A stretch of DNA of 64,000 bases from the human T2T-CHM13v2.0 reference genome, Homo sapiens. The notes beneath the pieces are model-generated. The model was not told where the DNA came from and ran no database searches. It saw only the letters and a program-made list of their open reading frames with translations. Location: assembly GCF_009914755.1 (NCBI RefSeq), contig NC_060926.1; one strand, written 5' to 3'. Each line of letters opens with the position of its first letter. The first letter of the stretch is position 1. This document shows positions 1-12,500 of the stretch, piece by piece. Both the position numbers and the translations under genes were made by a program.

Positions 1-1598
1 CCAAACTGTGACCTGACCATGGTCTGAAAGTGTTCAAAAAGTAATTTTAAGCCTCCCTTTGATTTGAAAAGGAATACTGCATGCTTGGTCGTTCATACAA
101 ATAACATAAAACTTAATTATTGGATGATTTGGCAGAGGACCTTCTTGCCAAACAACAGTCAATGCCAGCTACTGTGATGCTGGCGCTGCCCGGGCCCCCG
201 AGCCCACAGCCTCCTTGTATACGGGCGTTTGTTCATTGTGTCTCAGGGCAAGATGCTTTCAAATAGGATTCACGGATCTGGGAGGCAGGGTGCAACTCGA
301 AGGGTGTACCATATTTATAACTCAAGTTTAAAAATGCTGTCTCACCTAGAAGGGAAGTAGATCTGCGCTGTCAAATCACCAGGAGGCTGTGACAAAGGGA
401 GCTTGCAGCCTGACACACGGTGTAACAACATAGCAAACACCTTTAATTCCGTCATGTCTCATACCCTTTACTTTCTCACACATTTGTGGCTGCTCGAATG
501 TTGACACCTACACTCTTTTTCGAAACTAAATAAGGCAATCTTATTTAAGCCCAAATGCAACACCTGTAAAGTTATTCTTGTGCCCAGCAAAAAATAACCA
601 TTAACTCCTTCCTCATAAATGCCTCTCTGCTTGCTTTGGAAAGTCTCAAGTTGGTAACGGCCAGCCTGAGGCCCTGACTCTGAGGTTCACATGACCTCCC
701 AGGTTTGGACAGATAGGCAGTACTTCCCCCTTGAAAAGATGCGAAGGCTGAGATCATATCACTGTCCGAACTGGCCTCTCATAGCTTTTCAAGTTGAAGC
801 CCCTTTCTTCATCACAAACTTCTGGTGTCTTTTATAGGAAGGAGAGAGGCCCCAGCTGCTTCATTCCCTCTAGCTACCGTAGTCTAATATTTTAAAAGCT
901 AGAAATGAAAATAGCTTTTCTAAAGATATTTCCTGGAATTTTTAATGTGCTGCCTTGATTCCTTTTTTCTATCTTTTTTTTTTCCCTTGCCAATTATAAA
1001 CCACCATTTGGAGGGCTTATGAGCAATGTAAGTCCACCTCATCTAATTAAACCACATTGTTTTAAAAGCTTGAACAGTTTTCATGCCTATAAGACTTGTC
1101 TGAATAATAAACTGCTAGAGCCAGAATTCTGAGTGTCTTTGGAGAGCCAGGATTTTATCTGCTGAGCGCAAGGGGCCAGGCACTCAAAGAGTTAAAGAGT
1201 GTTCCCGCATTGCTGGGTAGGTTAATATCACAGCTGCCTGGTAAAGCATTATCCCCGTACCTCACTTAACAAAAGCCTCCTTTTGCAAACAGACTCCCAC
1301 TTTCCCCGCAAGTGTCCAAAGGTGTTTACTGAAGTAAATCTGCCTAAATCCTTCATTGCTTGGGTCATGGGGGTGGATAGGAGGGGTGGAAGGTGTAGGG
1401 ATAATCTCTTTTTGTAAATTCTGTAAATCTTCTGGGAAAAAGAAAAAAAAATCAGGAATCTGTGTCACATGTTCGCACAACTTCTAATATATCCGTTAGT
1501 TTTGCTCTTATAAGTGAAATCTTCCACAAGGGTTATTGGAAAAGCCCCCGTTTCAAATCATTCACTCTGCTGTTGGAAGAGATTGCACTTCCAAAGTT

Positions 1599-1649
1599 TG
1601 TGTGTGTGTTTGTGTGTGTGAATGTGTGTGTGTGTGGTGCATGTGTGTG
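1599..1649. repeat. (TG)n imperfect microsatellite
   Basis: Direct reading. Confidence 0.9.
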
Positions 1650-2691
1650 AGCGCATTGTATCCTTAATCTAATTGTTGGGAGAAAATTATTGGTATCTCA
1701 AAAGTGGTTTCAGAAAGGGGAAGAAAAAGACAAGACAGTCTAGGAGCAAGATAATGTCGCTGAAAAGTTGTCACGAGAGGTTTCTGCTCTTGCTGTGGTC
1801 TCATTCCAATACCATTAACTGCATGTTACTTTTGCATGTTGAAAATGGTGGCAAATAACACAGTAAAACCTGACAGGTCTGCCTGCGAGGGTTTAAACAG
1901 TTCCCAGGAAGGAGGCCTTTAGGCACAAACTTTCTCTCACAAGAGAACGTGAATACCACCAACCCCTCCCCTACAAATCCTGAAGCATCCAGTTTGAGAT
2001 ACAAAAAGGCTGTCATCTCACAAATGTTAAACATACTAAAAAAATCTGAAAAAAAAGTATGGAGAAGGTGTGAAAAACGTGGCACTTTACAGCCCTCAAA
2101 GCTTTTTAAAATAGCACAACTTTTCCCCCTAAAATTCTTTTCAGAGAATTTTTTTTTTCCTTTTTGGCTCATTTGAGAGTTTCTTCTTGGCTTTTTTCCC
2201 CTTTCATTTGAAAATATGAATTATCATAAAAAGTCAGGGGGAAAAATGGGAAAGTCTTTTCCAGTTTTCCTGAGGATTTATCAGTGTGTTCAGGCTGGGT
2301 GTGAGGACCCGTCACTGAAACCAGACCAGGGGCCCAGTCTCCAGCTCGCCCGTCCCTCCCACCCCCAGGGCCCTCACCTCTCTGGTCCGCTGGTAAACAA
2401 TCAGACTTATTAAAGCCAAATCGTAGGCAGCACTTAAGGGCGGGAAGTCCACACACCTGACCCCAAATCTAACAGGCTTCTGGGGGAGAATTCGATCCCC
2501 TCCTGACACTTTTTACCTCAAGTGTTGAGCGGGTGGCCATGAATAGTACAGACATGCCATCTTGTAACACTATATGCCTGTCAGGAGGGACAGGGCCTGG
2601 TGGAGCATCAGCTATATAAGGCTGGTAACTAGGGGAAGCCCAACAAACAGCCACAAACACCTAAGTTATTTTACTCAGCTACTACCCTGTG

Positions 2692-2692
<1 letters not shown>

Positions 2693-2735
<43 letters not shown>
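2693..2735. repeat. (CT)n microsatellite
   Basis: Direct reading. Confidence 0.92.
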
Positions 2736-2736
<1 letters not shown>

Positions 2737-3339
2737 TTTCATCTTGGCTTTCTGTGGCAGAATGCAAATGGAGCCTGCCGGCGGTGAAAGGGCTGAATTG
2801 TGATTAAGAAGAAGAAGAGCTCCTTTCTTTGTTCTCCCCTCAGGGGATGTTTACTGGGAGAGACACAGCGGATCAGATATGAAAGGCATTCAGGTCAGCA
2901 TTGATGTGAGCGAAAGTGAAATCATACCTAAGGCATTCAAAAGACCGCCGTGTCAGGGGTTCAGCTAACGGTGCAGCTACTGGGTGTGTGTGTGTCTTCC
3001 CGGAGAGGCAAAAATCTTTTCACAGACTGGCAGTTTTTTTCCCCTCTCTAATTTACTACAAAATTATAAAAGTTTTTCCCCCATTTGCCTCCCACCAGAT
3101 GACACAAGAGTTGGTATTTTCTGTCTTCATGGACCACACGCGAAATCAGACCAACTTCTAATAACTGTTGTTTCCTAAATGAACCAGCAAGGCACCATCT
3201 GAACTGTGATTTTCTTTTAAACAGGTGTATTCATGTGGGCTACATATATGCATAATATGTAGGAGAGAACGGAAAGAAGAGAAAAGCCAAAAGATACACG
3301 CATGGATGGCTTTTCTTCTTACCTCCTCAGAGGAAACAC

Positions 3340-3411
3340 AAGACAAAACACACACATGCACATACACAGCATAAAAACACTACAGAACACCTTAAAATGA
3401 AATCCTTTATT
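3340..3411 (-). terminator. Intronic polyadenylation signal
   Basis: Minus-strand AATAAA (plus tttatt 3406-3411) followed ~15-20 nt later by GTGTTCTGTAGTGTTTTTATGCTGTGTATGTG, a typical GU/U-rich downstream element. Confidence 0.6.
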
Positions 3412-4004
3412 TACTTTGTAACTACTAGTTACACTTTTCCTGAGAGATTTCACTCTGACATGACTGTCACACAAGATAAAAGTATTTGGCACATAGCTAT
3501 TAAGGCAAAGGCTTCCATGGAGCCTACTGATTATTATCGTTTTCCTTTTAAAAACTGCTTGATGAAGAAATACTTGGATCTTACTTTTTAAAAGTTTACC
3601 CTCCCCACAGCCCAAATAGTCATTCAATAGATTTTCCAAGTGGTAAGCTGATGCTGTTGGCATAAACAGAGCTATGTAAATATATACAAAATTCACAAAT
3701 CACAGCAAACATACAAATAATGAGGAGGTGCCTGGATGTTTCAAGGCTTAAAAATGAAAAGGAAAATTACATTTCATCTTCTGATTGCTAAAGACAGAAA
3801 AGAAGTAAAGAGGGGGAATAGGGCTATATTTATTGGTTTAAATCATCCTTCCCTCTGCTCTGAATTATTTTTTTCAACCTTCACATCTTGGCTAAAAAGC
3901 ATATTTGGGCTTATGTTAACATCTGCTTTTGTGGTGACATTTAATTCTGTATATTTTCAACTAGTGTTTCTGCATCACAGATTTTCCTCCTTTATCTCTT
4001 TGCT
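3394..4004 (-). other. ZEB2: Candidate alternative terminal exon in ZEB2 intron 2
   Basis: Acceptor CTCTTTGGTTGTCTTTTCAG|AG at 4005|4004, with a second strong acceptor CTTCTTTTCTGTCTTTAG| at 3788|3787. AATAAA at 3411-3406 is followed by a GU-rich tract. Confidence 0.55.
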
Positions 4005-5696
4005 CTGAAAAGACAACCAAAGAGCAATCAAAAAGGTGTCTGACTTGGCCATTCAGACAATTGCCCCCTTGTGGGAATGCGGGAATGAATGGTACAGTGG
4101 ACACCCCAGCACCATTGACGTTATAAACATGTAAATGAAACACATTAGGGCAGACAATCAATTGTCTGTGAGCATTGCAAACCTGCACTCCCTCTCTCTG
4201 TGACAGGCACAAAATAGTGTCTACCTTGGGAAGCCACGGTGCTGAGAGGAAAAGGACAAAGAATTTCCTTTCACACAGAAGAAAATGCACCTTAAAAGCC
4301 TTGGAAGAATGCAGATGACAAAAACTGTTGCAAGGAAAAGAATCTCCCACATCTTAGAATAAACGCGGCACTGCTAGAGGCTAGCAACGCCCTCCTTTCC
4401 TACCTTCAGGGTAGACATACATTTTTCCCAGGAAATATTCTTAATATGGCATCAAGGTCTTTAATAACCTCTTGGAATTTTCTTTAAGCAAATTAAGAAG
4501 GAAGGGAAACACTGAAACCTATGACATAGCAGTTGAGCAGGGAACTTTAATCTTGGTTTTACCCTATTTGAAAACAAATGGTGGAAGACGTGAATTTATT
4601 TGTATCTGGTAACAGAGAAACAATGTAAAGTTTAAAATCCTCAGCCCACCCTTAGTCCTGGTGGACTGTCACTCTATGGACACCAGCAGCCTACTGGCTC
4701 TGCTACGAAGGAAAGCATGTTTCTACCCCAATTGGCTTAGTTTTTCCAGACCAAAATAAAACAAATAGATCAGCCTAGATACATAGCCCCCAGCCTTGTG
4801 TGTGTGCAGCGTGACAAAACTTGCAGAAGATCTCCACAGAGAAAAAAGGATGGAGATGGATATCTTTGGAGCGCCCTCAGAACTGGTACCTGCCACACAA
4901 CCTGCCCCAGTGCTTTGAAAGTCAGCAAAACAGGCTCCCTAGAAGCTCATCAACTTTACGAAGAAAGCTACTTGCCAAAGATTTCCACACTTTGCAAAGA
5001 TAACCAAGTCTGGACTGACAGTGATCCGAAGGAAACTTCCTTGTCTAAGTGTGTATGACTCTCGTTGCCCCATCCCAACTTCACCTCTCAGGGAGGAGAG
5101 CTAGGAGGCACCTCCTGGAGAAGGGGTTGACTGCATTTTCTTTCCTTTTCATTTAAGCATCTCTGAAACGGGAGCAACTTCTCCGTCCCTCATTGCCTCT
5201 AACCATCACTACCAGCACCTCCACTCCTTTAAGGAAGTGGTAAAGAGTGAGGGCTTATTTTAAACAGGGATAACCATTTCTGCTCTTCTGATTGTTTCTC
5301 CTCTAGGATCCAAAGCCCTGAGAACATTCAACTTGATCCCTGTTCTTTGCCACTGAAGTTCAGAGACCAAAGGCATTTGTAAAAAGCTCCCCTTCTCCTT
5401 CACACTGTCCCCAACCCTTTAGTGGAAACTCTGGAGAAAAATCAAATTTAACTTTTCCTTTCTTCTCCTATTTCCCTTTTCTCTCCTCCTAATTCAGTTT
5501 TTCTTTAAAAGACAACTTCATTTCTTTCTCTGAAACAAGCAGTTTCCGGATTTGATTTTTGCTACAACGTGCATGTCTCTGTGAGATTTTTCAGAGGCTG
5601 ATGCTGGAAGGTGGCGGGATGGGGAGGCAGACCCTCTTCCCGGGCTCCGTGGGAGGCAGGAGGGAAGCAGGAGCATCCCAGGACCCGCTGCCCGAA

Positions 5697-5800
5697 TCAG
5701 GGGCAAAAGCAACAAACTTTGCAAGTTACAAACGGGCCGCACCGGTGGCAAGCAGCAGCAGGGCATCTCCCGCTCCGAGTGCTCATTTCTGACTCCAAGG
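5697..5800 (-). other. ZEB2: Candidate alternative exon in intron 2, in frame with exon 2 up to stop
   Basis: Acceptor TTTTTCTTTCCCCTGATTATACCCCACTATCTCCACACAG|CC at 5801|5800. A phase-1 join gives ALESEMSTRSGRCPAAACHRCGPFVTCKVCCFCP*. Confidence 0.45.
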
Positions 5801-7519
5801 CTGTGTGGAGATAGTGGGGTATAATCAGGGGAAAGAAAAAGGGGGGCTGGGTTTTCCCCCTCCTCTCCAGCGTCAGTGAAAGTGTTACAAAGTGAGTCAG
5901 GCGACTGAGGATCATCTGACTGAACTTTCTTGAAACCGACACACATTCTTGTCTGCGGGCAACTCGCTTTTTGCCTCCTTCCCCCTCACCCCACTCCCTC
6001 TTTCCTCCTGCACATCTTATTTTCTGGGAAGAGATTTCATCCTTTCCATGTGGGGGAAAGGAGACTGACTGCCCGCTATGGGTTAACTTGGCCCTGGCAC
6101 TGCCTCTGCCAGGCATCTTGCTAGCCTGAGAATCTGGAAGGTTGTATTTCAGATACTTGTTTCTCTCTTTGTACATTTATTTTTCTTCAACTGCCTCCTT
6201 CTCCTTTGCTTTTTATTAAATGTACATAGCATTGTCTTCTAACTCACGTTCTTGACCAGCCTTTAAAACACACACACTGCTTTACACGTTTTATCTCCTT
6301 GTCGCCTTAGTCTATATATACACTGTTGACTTCATTAAAATTATATAAAGTGCCATTCTAGGTTCCTGGATGACCATCTTTTTTTCCCTTCCAGCTTCTA
6401 CTTATACGATTATTATTGCCATTATTTCTTTCCAGGAATTTCTATATGATTTTGATAAGCATCATCATATTTAGTGTTATCAGCAAAGACACAAGCTCAA
6501 AAGTGACATCTTTTCCATGAATCCAGGAAAGAAGAAAAATCCACTCAGTTCAGATAAATCCTAGCAATTCCCAAAGGGAAAGGCATTGGATATGTGTTTG
6601 ATGAGAAAGAAAATGAAAAAGGGGTGGGGTGGTAGTACTCTTCTACCTGCTTCTCAAAACCAGAACATTGCTCGGTCAGATTAAACCCAGTGAAAAACAC
6701 TTACAATAACCAGTATACAGCATGTTTTCCCACAGCTTATTTGGAAAAAAAGACAGGTAACAGTCAAAGTTAGAGAAGCTGTAAGCAATGGACAGGCTTG
6801 ATATTAAGTGTGCAGGATCTGGGCTAAATGCCTTAAAATGTGCAATTCAACTTTCCACTTCTGAATGTGGAGGCTTCTCCCAAGTTAGTGGCTGGGTGGA
6901 GGGGAAATACTTGCAGTGTCCATGACTGCGGACATCTCTGGCACTCCATTCCACCTGCGAAGCGCCCAACGGGCCTCCCTCTCTGCCAGGTCTCCTAGGG
7001 GTTCCCAGGAAGCCAGGATCCCTCTATTTCCTTAGACCTGGGCTCTGGCCTGACCTCACTGCTAGGGCCAGGCTGGTCAACGGTGGCAAAATCCCGAAGG
7101 AGGTGGAAGGAGGAAGGCAAGAAGAAATGCACACTTTAAATAGTCTTCCCTGCAAAAGAACACTTCTGGGAGCCTTGTTTTAAATCTCATTCTCTTTTTC
7201 TCTCAAAAAAAAAAAATGACTGTTTAACAGAAGAGGGAAAAAAGCCTCCTTGACACAAAGCTTTTGTTATCCAGTTGATCAGCAACGTGCTTTAGATACT
7301 TGTAAGAGGGGGAAAAAAGCCCCACAACAGACATTGATTTTAGAAAATCAATAACCAACATTTAATAAAAGGAACAGAGGAAACACAAGAGAGGAGAGGG
7401 GGACATTAGGTGTAATTTTAGTGTCTACTAAATTACTCAGAGATGGGGAAGGGGAGGTCTCCTGTGTAAGGACCACCTTAAATAATGCCAGACACCAGAG
7501 TGAAAAAAAAATTAAATTA

Positions 7520-7554
7520 AGAGAGAGAGAGAGGGAGAAAGAGAGAGGGAGAGA
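7520..7554. repeat. (GA)n imperfect repeat
   Basis: Direct reading. Confidence 0.85.
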
Positions 7555-7759
7555 CTTAAAAAGAAGCAGCCTGAACTGAATCTTGGGGAAGCAGCTCGGA
7601 ATATATTATTGTACTTGTTTTTCTGTAATACTAAGCCAAGCAAATAGATCAAAGACAGCACAAAGGGGAAAGGCAGGATAACGTAACGAACAGTTTCTGA
7701 CTAAAATTCCTCTATCACTCCCCCATATGGCTCGACACCTCCACCACAACAAGCAAAAG

Positions 7760-7825
7760 ACACACACACGCACACACACGCGTACACACACACAAAACCT
7801 AGAGAGAGAGAGAGAGAGAGAGAGA
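7760..7825. repeat. Compound (CA)n-(GA)n microsatellite at the CpG island edge
   Basis: Direct reading. Confidence 0.9.
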
Positions 7826-9168
7826 AAAGCATCATTTGTCTCTAATCAAAATTCTCTCGTCTTTGTGTTTTGCTCCTTCCAGCACCTCACACTGCGCCCC
7901 CAGCCGCCCCCTCCCCGCGCCGCGCAGCTCTGGGGCAGGCCGGGGGCGCGCACAATTGTCTTCTCTAGAGGAAAGTTGCTCCAAGTGGGCCCGGGCGGTC
8001 CCCGCGAGGCGCGGGCTGGGGCTGCGGAGGCCGGGAGGCCGGGTGGGCGCTGCGTCCCAGCGCCTGCCTCGGGAGCGTCTACGCGGCCCCGCGCCGGGTG
8101 ATCGGGCTGAGAGCGAGGGGAGCGAGAAGTTTCCTTTCCGAGTCTGGGCTGGCGCTCGTTCGCTTGTTTGTTTTCGGGGGTTGGTTTCTTTCTTTTTAAA
8201 CTCAGTTATCCTCCGTCAGCTCCCCCACCCCCCCCCGGCACCCTCGCTAGTCCCCAGCCCTCTCCCCTCCCCCAGGCGCCTTCCGCGCTCTTGCCAATCA
8301 CTTTTCTCTTTTATTCCCACGATTTTGTTTGGGGTAATACCTAGGGGGTCTCTCTCTCACTCTCTTCCTCTCTCTCTGTTTCTCTCTGTCCCCCCGCGTC
8401 CCTTCTCTGGCTGTCTCCAAAACGGACCTACCAAACTCTCACCCCCCCCCTTTAATATCCCACCTCTGATCTGCGTGTGCCCCTCGAACCCCCATCTCCT
8501 TTCTCCTTCCTCCTTCCTGACTCAGCCTGGATAACGGGCTCCTCCAGACCATGTAGAAACTGCCGGGAAAAGTCTCGCTGCGCCCTGCGACTCCTTCAGT
8601 CCCCGGCCTGGGGGCCAGAGCCTGCTGGAGAGGAGTCATCCGTCCCCGAGCCATCATCGACCCCACCGGACCCCGCGCGGGGCCGGCCGACTCCCTCCCA
8701 CCCCGGGGTCTGGGCGCGATGGGCCGGGCCCCGCTGCCCGCGGACCGTTACTTGGCGCACCGAGAAGCGGCCGGGCGACTCCGGCAAGAAACTTTAAGCC
8801 TCGCTGAGGCGCAGACCCGGTTCCCCTCTCCTGCCTTCGCAGTCTCTCTGCCACCCCCGCCCCCGCCCCGGGATCCTGCGCGATCCAGCGCCTGGGCCCC
8901 CGCCCTGCCCCAGGCGGACGCTCCCGAAGCCCGGCCGGAGACCCGGCGGGCCGGGCGCGAGCGGAGCGGGAGGCGGAGGCGGAGGGAGGGCGGAGGCAGG
9001 GGCTCGAGGGGGGCAGCGGGGCTGGGGGCGCGGGGCCCCGGCCGGACCCCCGCGCTCGGACCCCCGGGTGCCTGACGCTCACTTTGCCCGGCACTTCCCC
9101 AACACCCCCCGGTCCAGCCGCCGCGCGCGCCGGGCTCCGGCGCCGGCCGCGGAGGGAGGCTCGCCCTA

Positions 9169-9426
<258 letters not shown>

Positions 9427-11945
9427 CTAGCAACCAAACACAGCGACAATGTGGGCATCGCCCGCGCCCATTGAAACGCGCGCGGGCCGCCCAGGGGAGC
9501 CGGGCCAGGGCCCCGGCGAGCACCCATCCGCGCCCCCCAACGCCAAAGCGAAACTTCGGCGGCCCCCTCCCCGCCCCCCACCCCCAGCCTTGGCCCCGAG
9601 GCGCTTTGTGTTTGTTACTGTTTGGTGTGTTGCACCCGCGAGGGGATCAGAGAGACAAGAATTACATCTTCAAAATGAGTCATAACTCCTGACCGTATGA
9701 GGGAATGCACACGGCGGTACAGTAAGACCGCTTGACTCAGGGCTAGGCGGACCCTTTCCTTCGAAAAGTCCTCAGCCCCCGGCTCGGGAACTTGGGGTGA
9801 GGCGAGGTTTTCTTTTCGTTCTCATCTTTTCTCATCCCCCCACCCCCCAATTCCCAGAGGAAACAAACAAACAAACAACGCGAAACAGCCCCTGGATGAA
9901 GCACACTCGGGCAAATTGATAATAGTAATTATAGGAAGCCCACTCGCCCAGCGCCCCCTCCCCTCCCCTTTTGGAGTTTATCGAGGCACTGTCTCTTCCT
10001 CCCCCCACCCTCGCCCCCAAATTAAGATTTCCCGTTTTACGCCGCAATGATAAATATAATTATAAGCCTCTTTGGACACTGTCCTTTACCCCACCCCCCC
10101 TCGCCACTTTGACAATATTTACTTAAGTATTTCCCCCCACCTCACTCACACACATGCTCCCCCACACTGGTTCCCTTAAATAGTTCCAGTAGAATTTTTT
10201 TTTTCCCTTAAGAAAGGAAAGAGAAAGTCCAACCACTACGGCAATACTTTTAAGCTCTACTAAATGATCGTATCCTTTCTGGCTTCGAAACTTTTGTACC
10301 TAAAAATCGAGAGAGGCGCTGCATTTTTTCAGTTGAAACTGTCAAAACTTGGAGAAGGGGGACCTCGGAGGCAGGCAGGAGAGGAGGAGAATCCTGAAAA
10401 CTCGGTGGAGGTTGGGAAGATGCTGTGCCTCGAGGATTAGTTTAAACAGGGGGCTATAAAAGATGTAACAGATGCAAACTGTAACACAAGGGCCATTAAC
10501 CCTTTCTCTGCCGGGCACACTCAGTCCCCACGCCCCACACCTATTGTCTCCTGTGCTAGAAGCTTTGCAGAAAACCTGGAAAGTGAGTATCAGTTTCCAC
10601 ACATTTGCTGAGAGGGGTGAAGGGAGGGGGGCAGAGAGAAGGGGAAGTGGATATTTTAGAAAGCACCTTAAATTTACCTAGGCATACATAGTAGGAGACT
10701 TTTAAGTTTGACATATTTTATCATTTCTTTCCTTGTCCTATTGATTTGAAATTGTTAGGGGAAATCCTGAAATAAAGAAATGGTCACACAAGTGTCTGGG
10801 ATGAAACAGCTGGCCTGTCTATATTCATCCTGAGACACACGACTGCATATAAATACATGTTTAATAAAGTAAGTTGCTAGTTTTATGGGCATGTGTGTGT
10901 GTGAGAGAGAGAGACAGGGCATTTGTGCTGTAAACTTTATCTTTGCCTGTTACTCCTAAGTCTGGAGTTAGTAATCTTGCCTTCATCATTACAGGGGGAG
11001 CATGTAAAATATATCAGTAGGTGGGAGATAAACACATTCATGTTAGCCGGGCTCATCACTGTTCCTGGGAACTCCTGCTATCTCTCTCTCGACTTTTCAG
11101 TGCCAAAGTATGGAATGGGATATATGTGTGTATGTGTCTTCTATTAAATCCATGTCTATATTACTTTGCCACTAAAAATACAATTTTAAAAGTTATCCTA
11201 ATTTAAAACCCTGATATCCTGACAGCAGTTTTCTTCCCAGCTGTAGTGCCCCCCCCTCCACTTTGGTAAACGACTCAAGTTCCATGAGGACTTTCACTTC
11301 TTTATTTATAATCACAGAAGTGAGGTGTTACTTCACACACATACACACACAAAGAATGAAATAAAGAAATGAAACTCGCTAAGCAGACAAAAACAGACAA
11401 CTTTCTGCTTAGAAAACAGCCTTCTCGGTGGGAGAGGATGAACTGCCATGTCTAAGAGAAAGACTTGCCCCCGAATTTGTAGGTCTGTAACTGACCAAGT
11501 TTTGTAATTATTAACAGGTATTTGCCAAGTCCTAATTGCTGAATATAATGAATTGGAACTAGATGCGAAAATAGAGCAGGACCTCTCCCCTTGATGAGTT
11601 TTTATTCCAGCCATATAATTCTCAATAAAACTTTTCCTGGGCTGGATAGCAAAGGACACCTTTGGTTACCTGAATGAACAGGTACAGGGGAAATTATTTG
11701 GGGGAGGGAAAAAGGAGAGAAAAGCAAGGAGAGAGAGTGTGAGTGTAAGAGAAAGCGAAGAAGCCACTCTTGAGAAAAGCTTGCCATAAAGGAGCTAAAC
11801 CCACCTGAAATTCCTACCCACGGACACCCCTTCTCACTTCAGACTCACATCCCCACTCAAAATGAGAAAATTAGAAAAGGAGGATGGAGGACGAGCACAC
11901 CAAAAAGGGATAAAAAGAGAGAAAAGGGGAGGAAAAAAAACCTAC
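9427..11945 (-). other. ZEB2: ZEB2 intron 1 (5'UTR intron reported as retained and IRES-containing)
   Basis: GT...AG boundaries are visible. Retention controlled by the antisense RNA is published knowledge, not visible in the sequence. Confidence 0.88.
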
Positions 11946-12398
11946 CTGCGAAGTCTTGTTTGTAGTTTTGGCCAGAAATGGTGAGAAGAAAAAGCATGAA
12001 GAAGCCGCGAAGTGTGGGGGAGAAAAAGGTGGAAGCGAAGAAACAGCTCCCGGAGCAAACTGTACAAAAACCTCGCCAAGAGTGTCGGGAGGCAGGACCG
12101 TTATTCCTGCAGAGCAGGTTAGAACTGATCTCTTTCGGCCACTCCAGGAAACACAAACCTGGGGACGGACTGACGTGTTACGCCTCTTCTAATGACATTT
12201 TTTTCTTTTTCTTTTCTGTAGGAGAGAGACGAGAGACCCTGAAACACGCGCCACCTATCTTTGTGGGGAGGGATAATTGAAGCGCCCTGAGCGTGAGCAT
12301 CATGTGAAAACGTGATCGCCAAGTTTCTCTCTGGGAAAGGATCTGGGATAGATTATACCTTGAAGTCTCCGCAAACGCTTTAGTGGAAGAAATGAAAT
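11946..12398 (-). other. ZEB2: ZEB2 non-coding exon 1 (5' end variable, about 12126-12398)
   Basis: Donor CAG|GTAGG at 11946|11945 gives a 2519-nt intron, matching the known ~2.5 kb 5'UTR intron. The 5' end is recalled from mRNA sequence (ATTTCATTTCTTCCACTAAAGCG) and cannot be derived from the DNA alone. Confidence 0.85.
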
Positions 12399-12399
12399 T

Positions 12400-12500
12400 C
12401 CACCTCCCTCCCTTCCTCCTCTCCCTCCCTTTCGCCTTCGCCTCCCTCCCCCCTCCCTCCCTTCTCCCCCCCTCCACCCCCCCCCCTCCCCGCCCGTCAA
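12400..12500 (-). promoter_or_regulatory. ZEB2 proximal promoter homopurine/homopyrimidine tract
   Basis: About 90 nt of almost pure C/T on the plus strand, immediately upstream of exon 1, with a GC box (CCCCGCCC). Confidence 0.65.
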
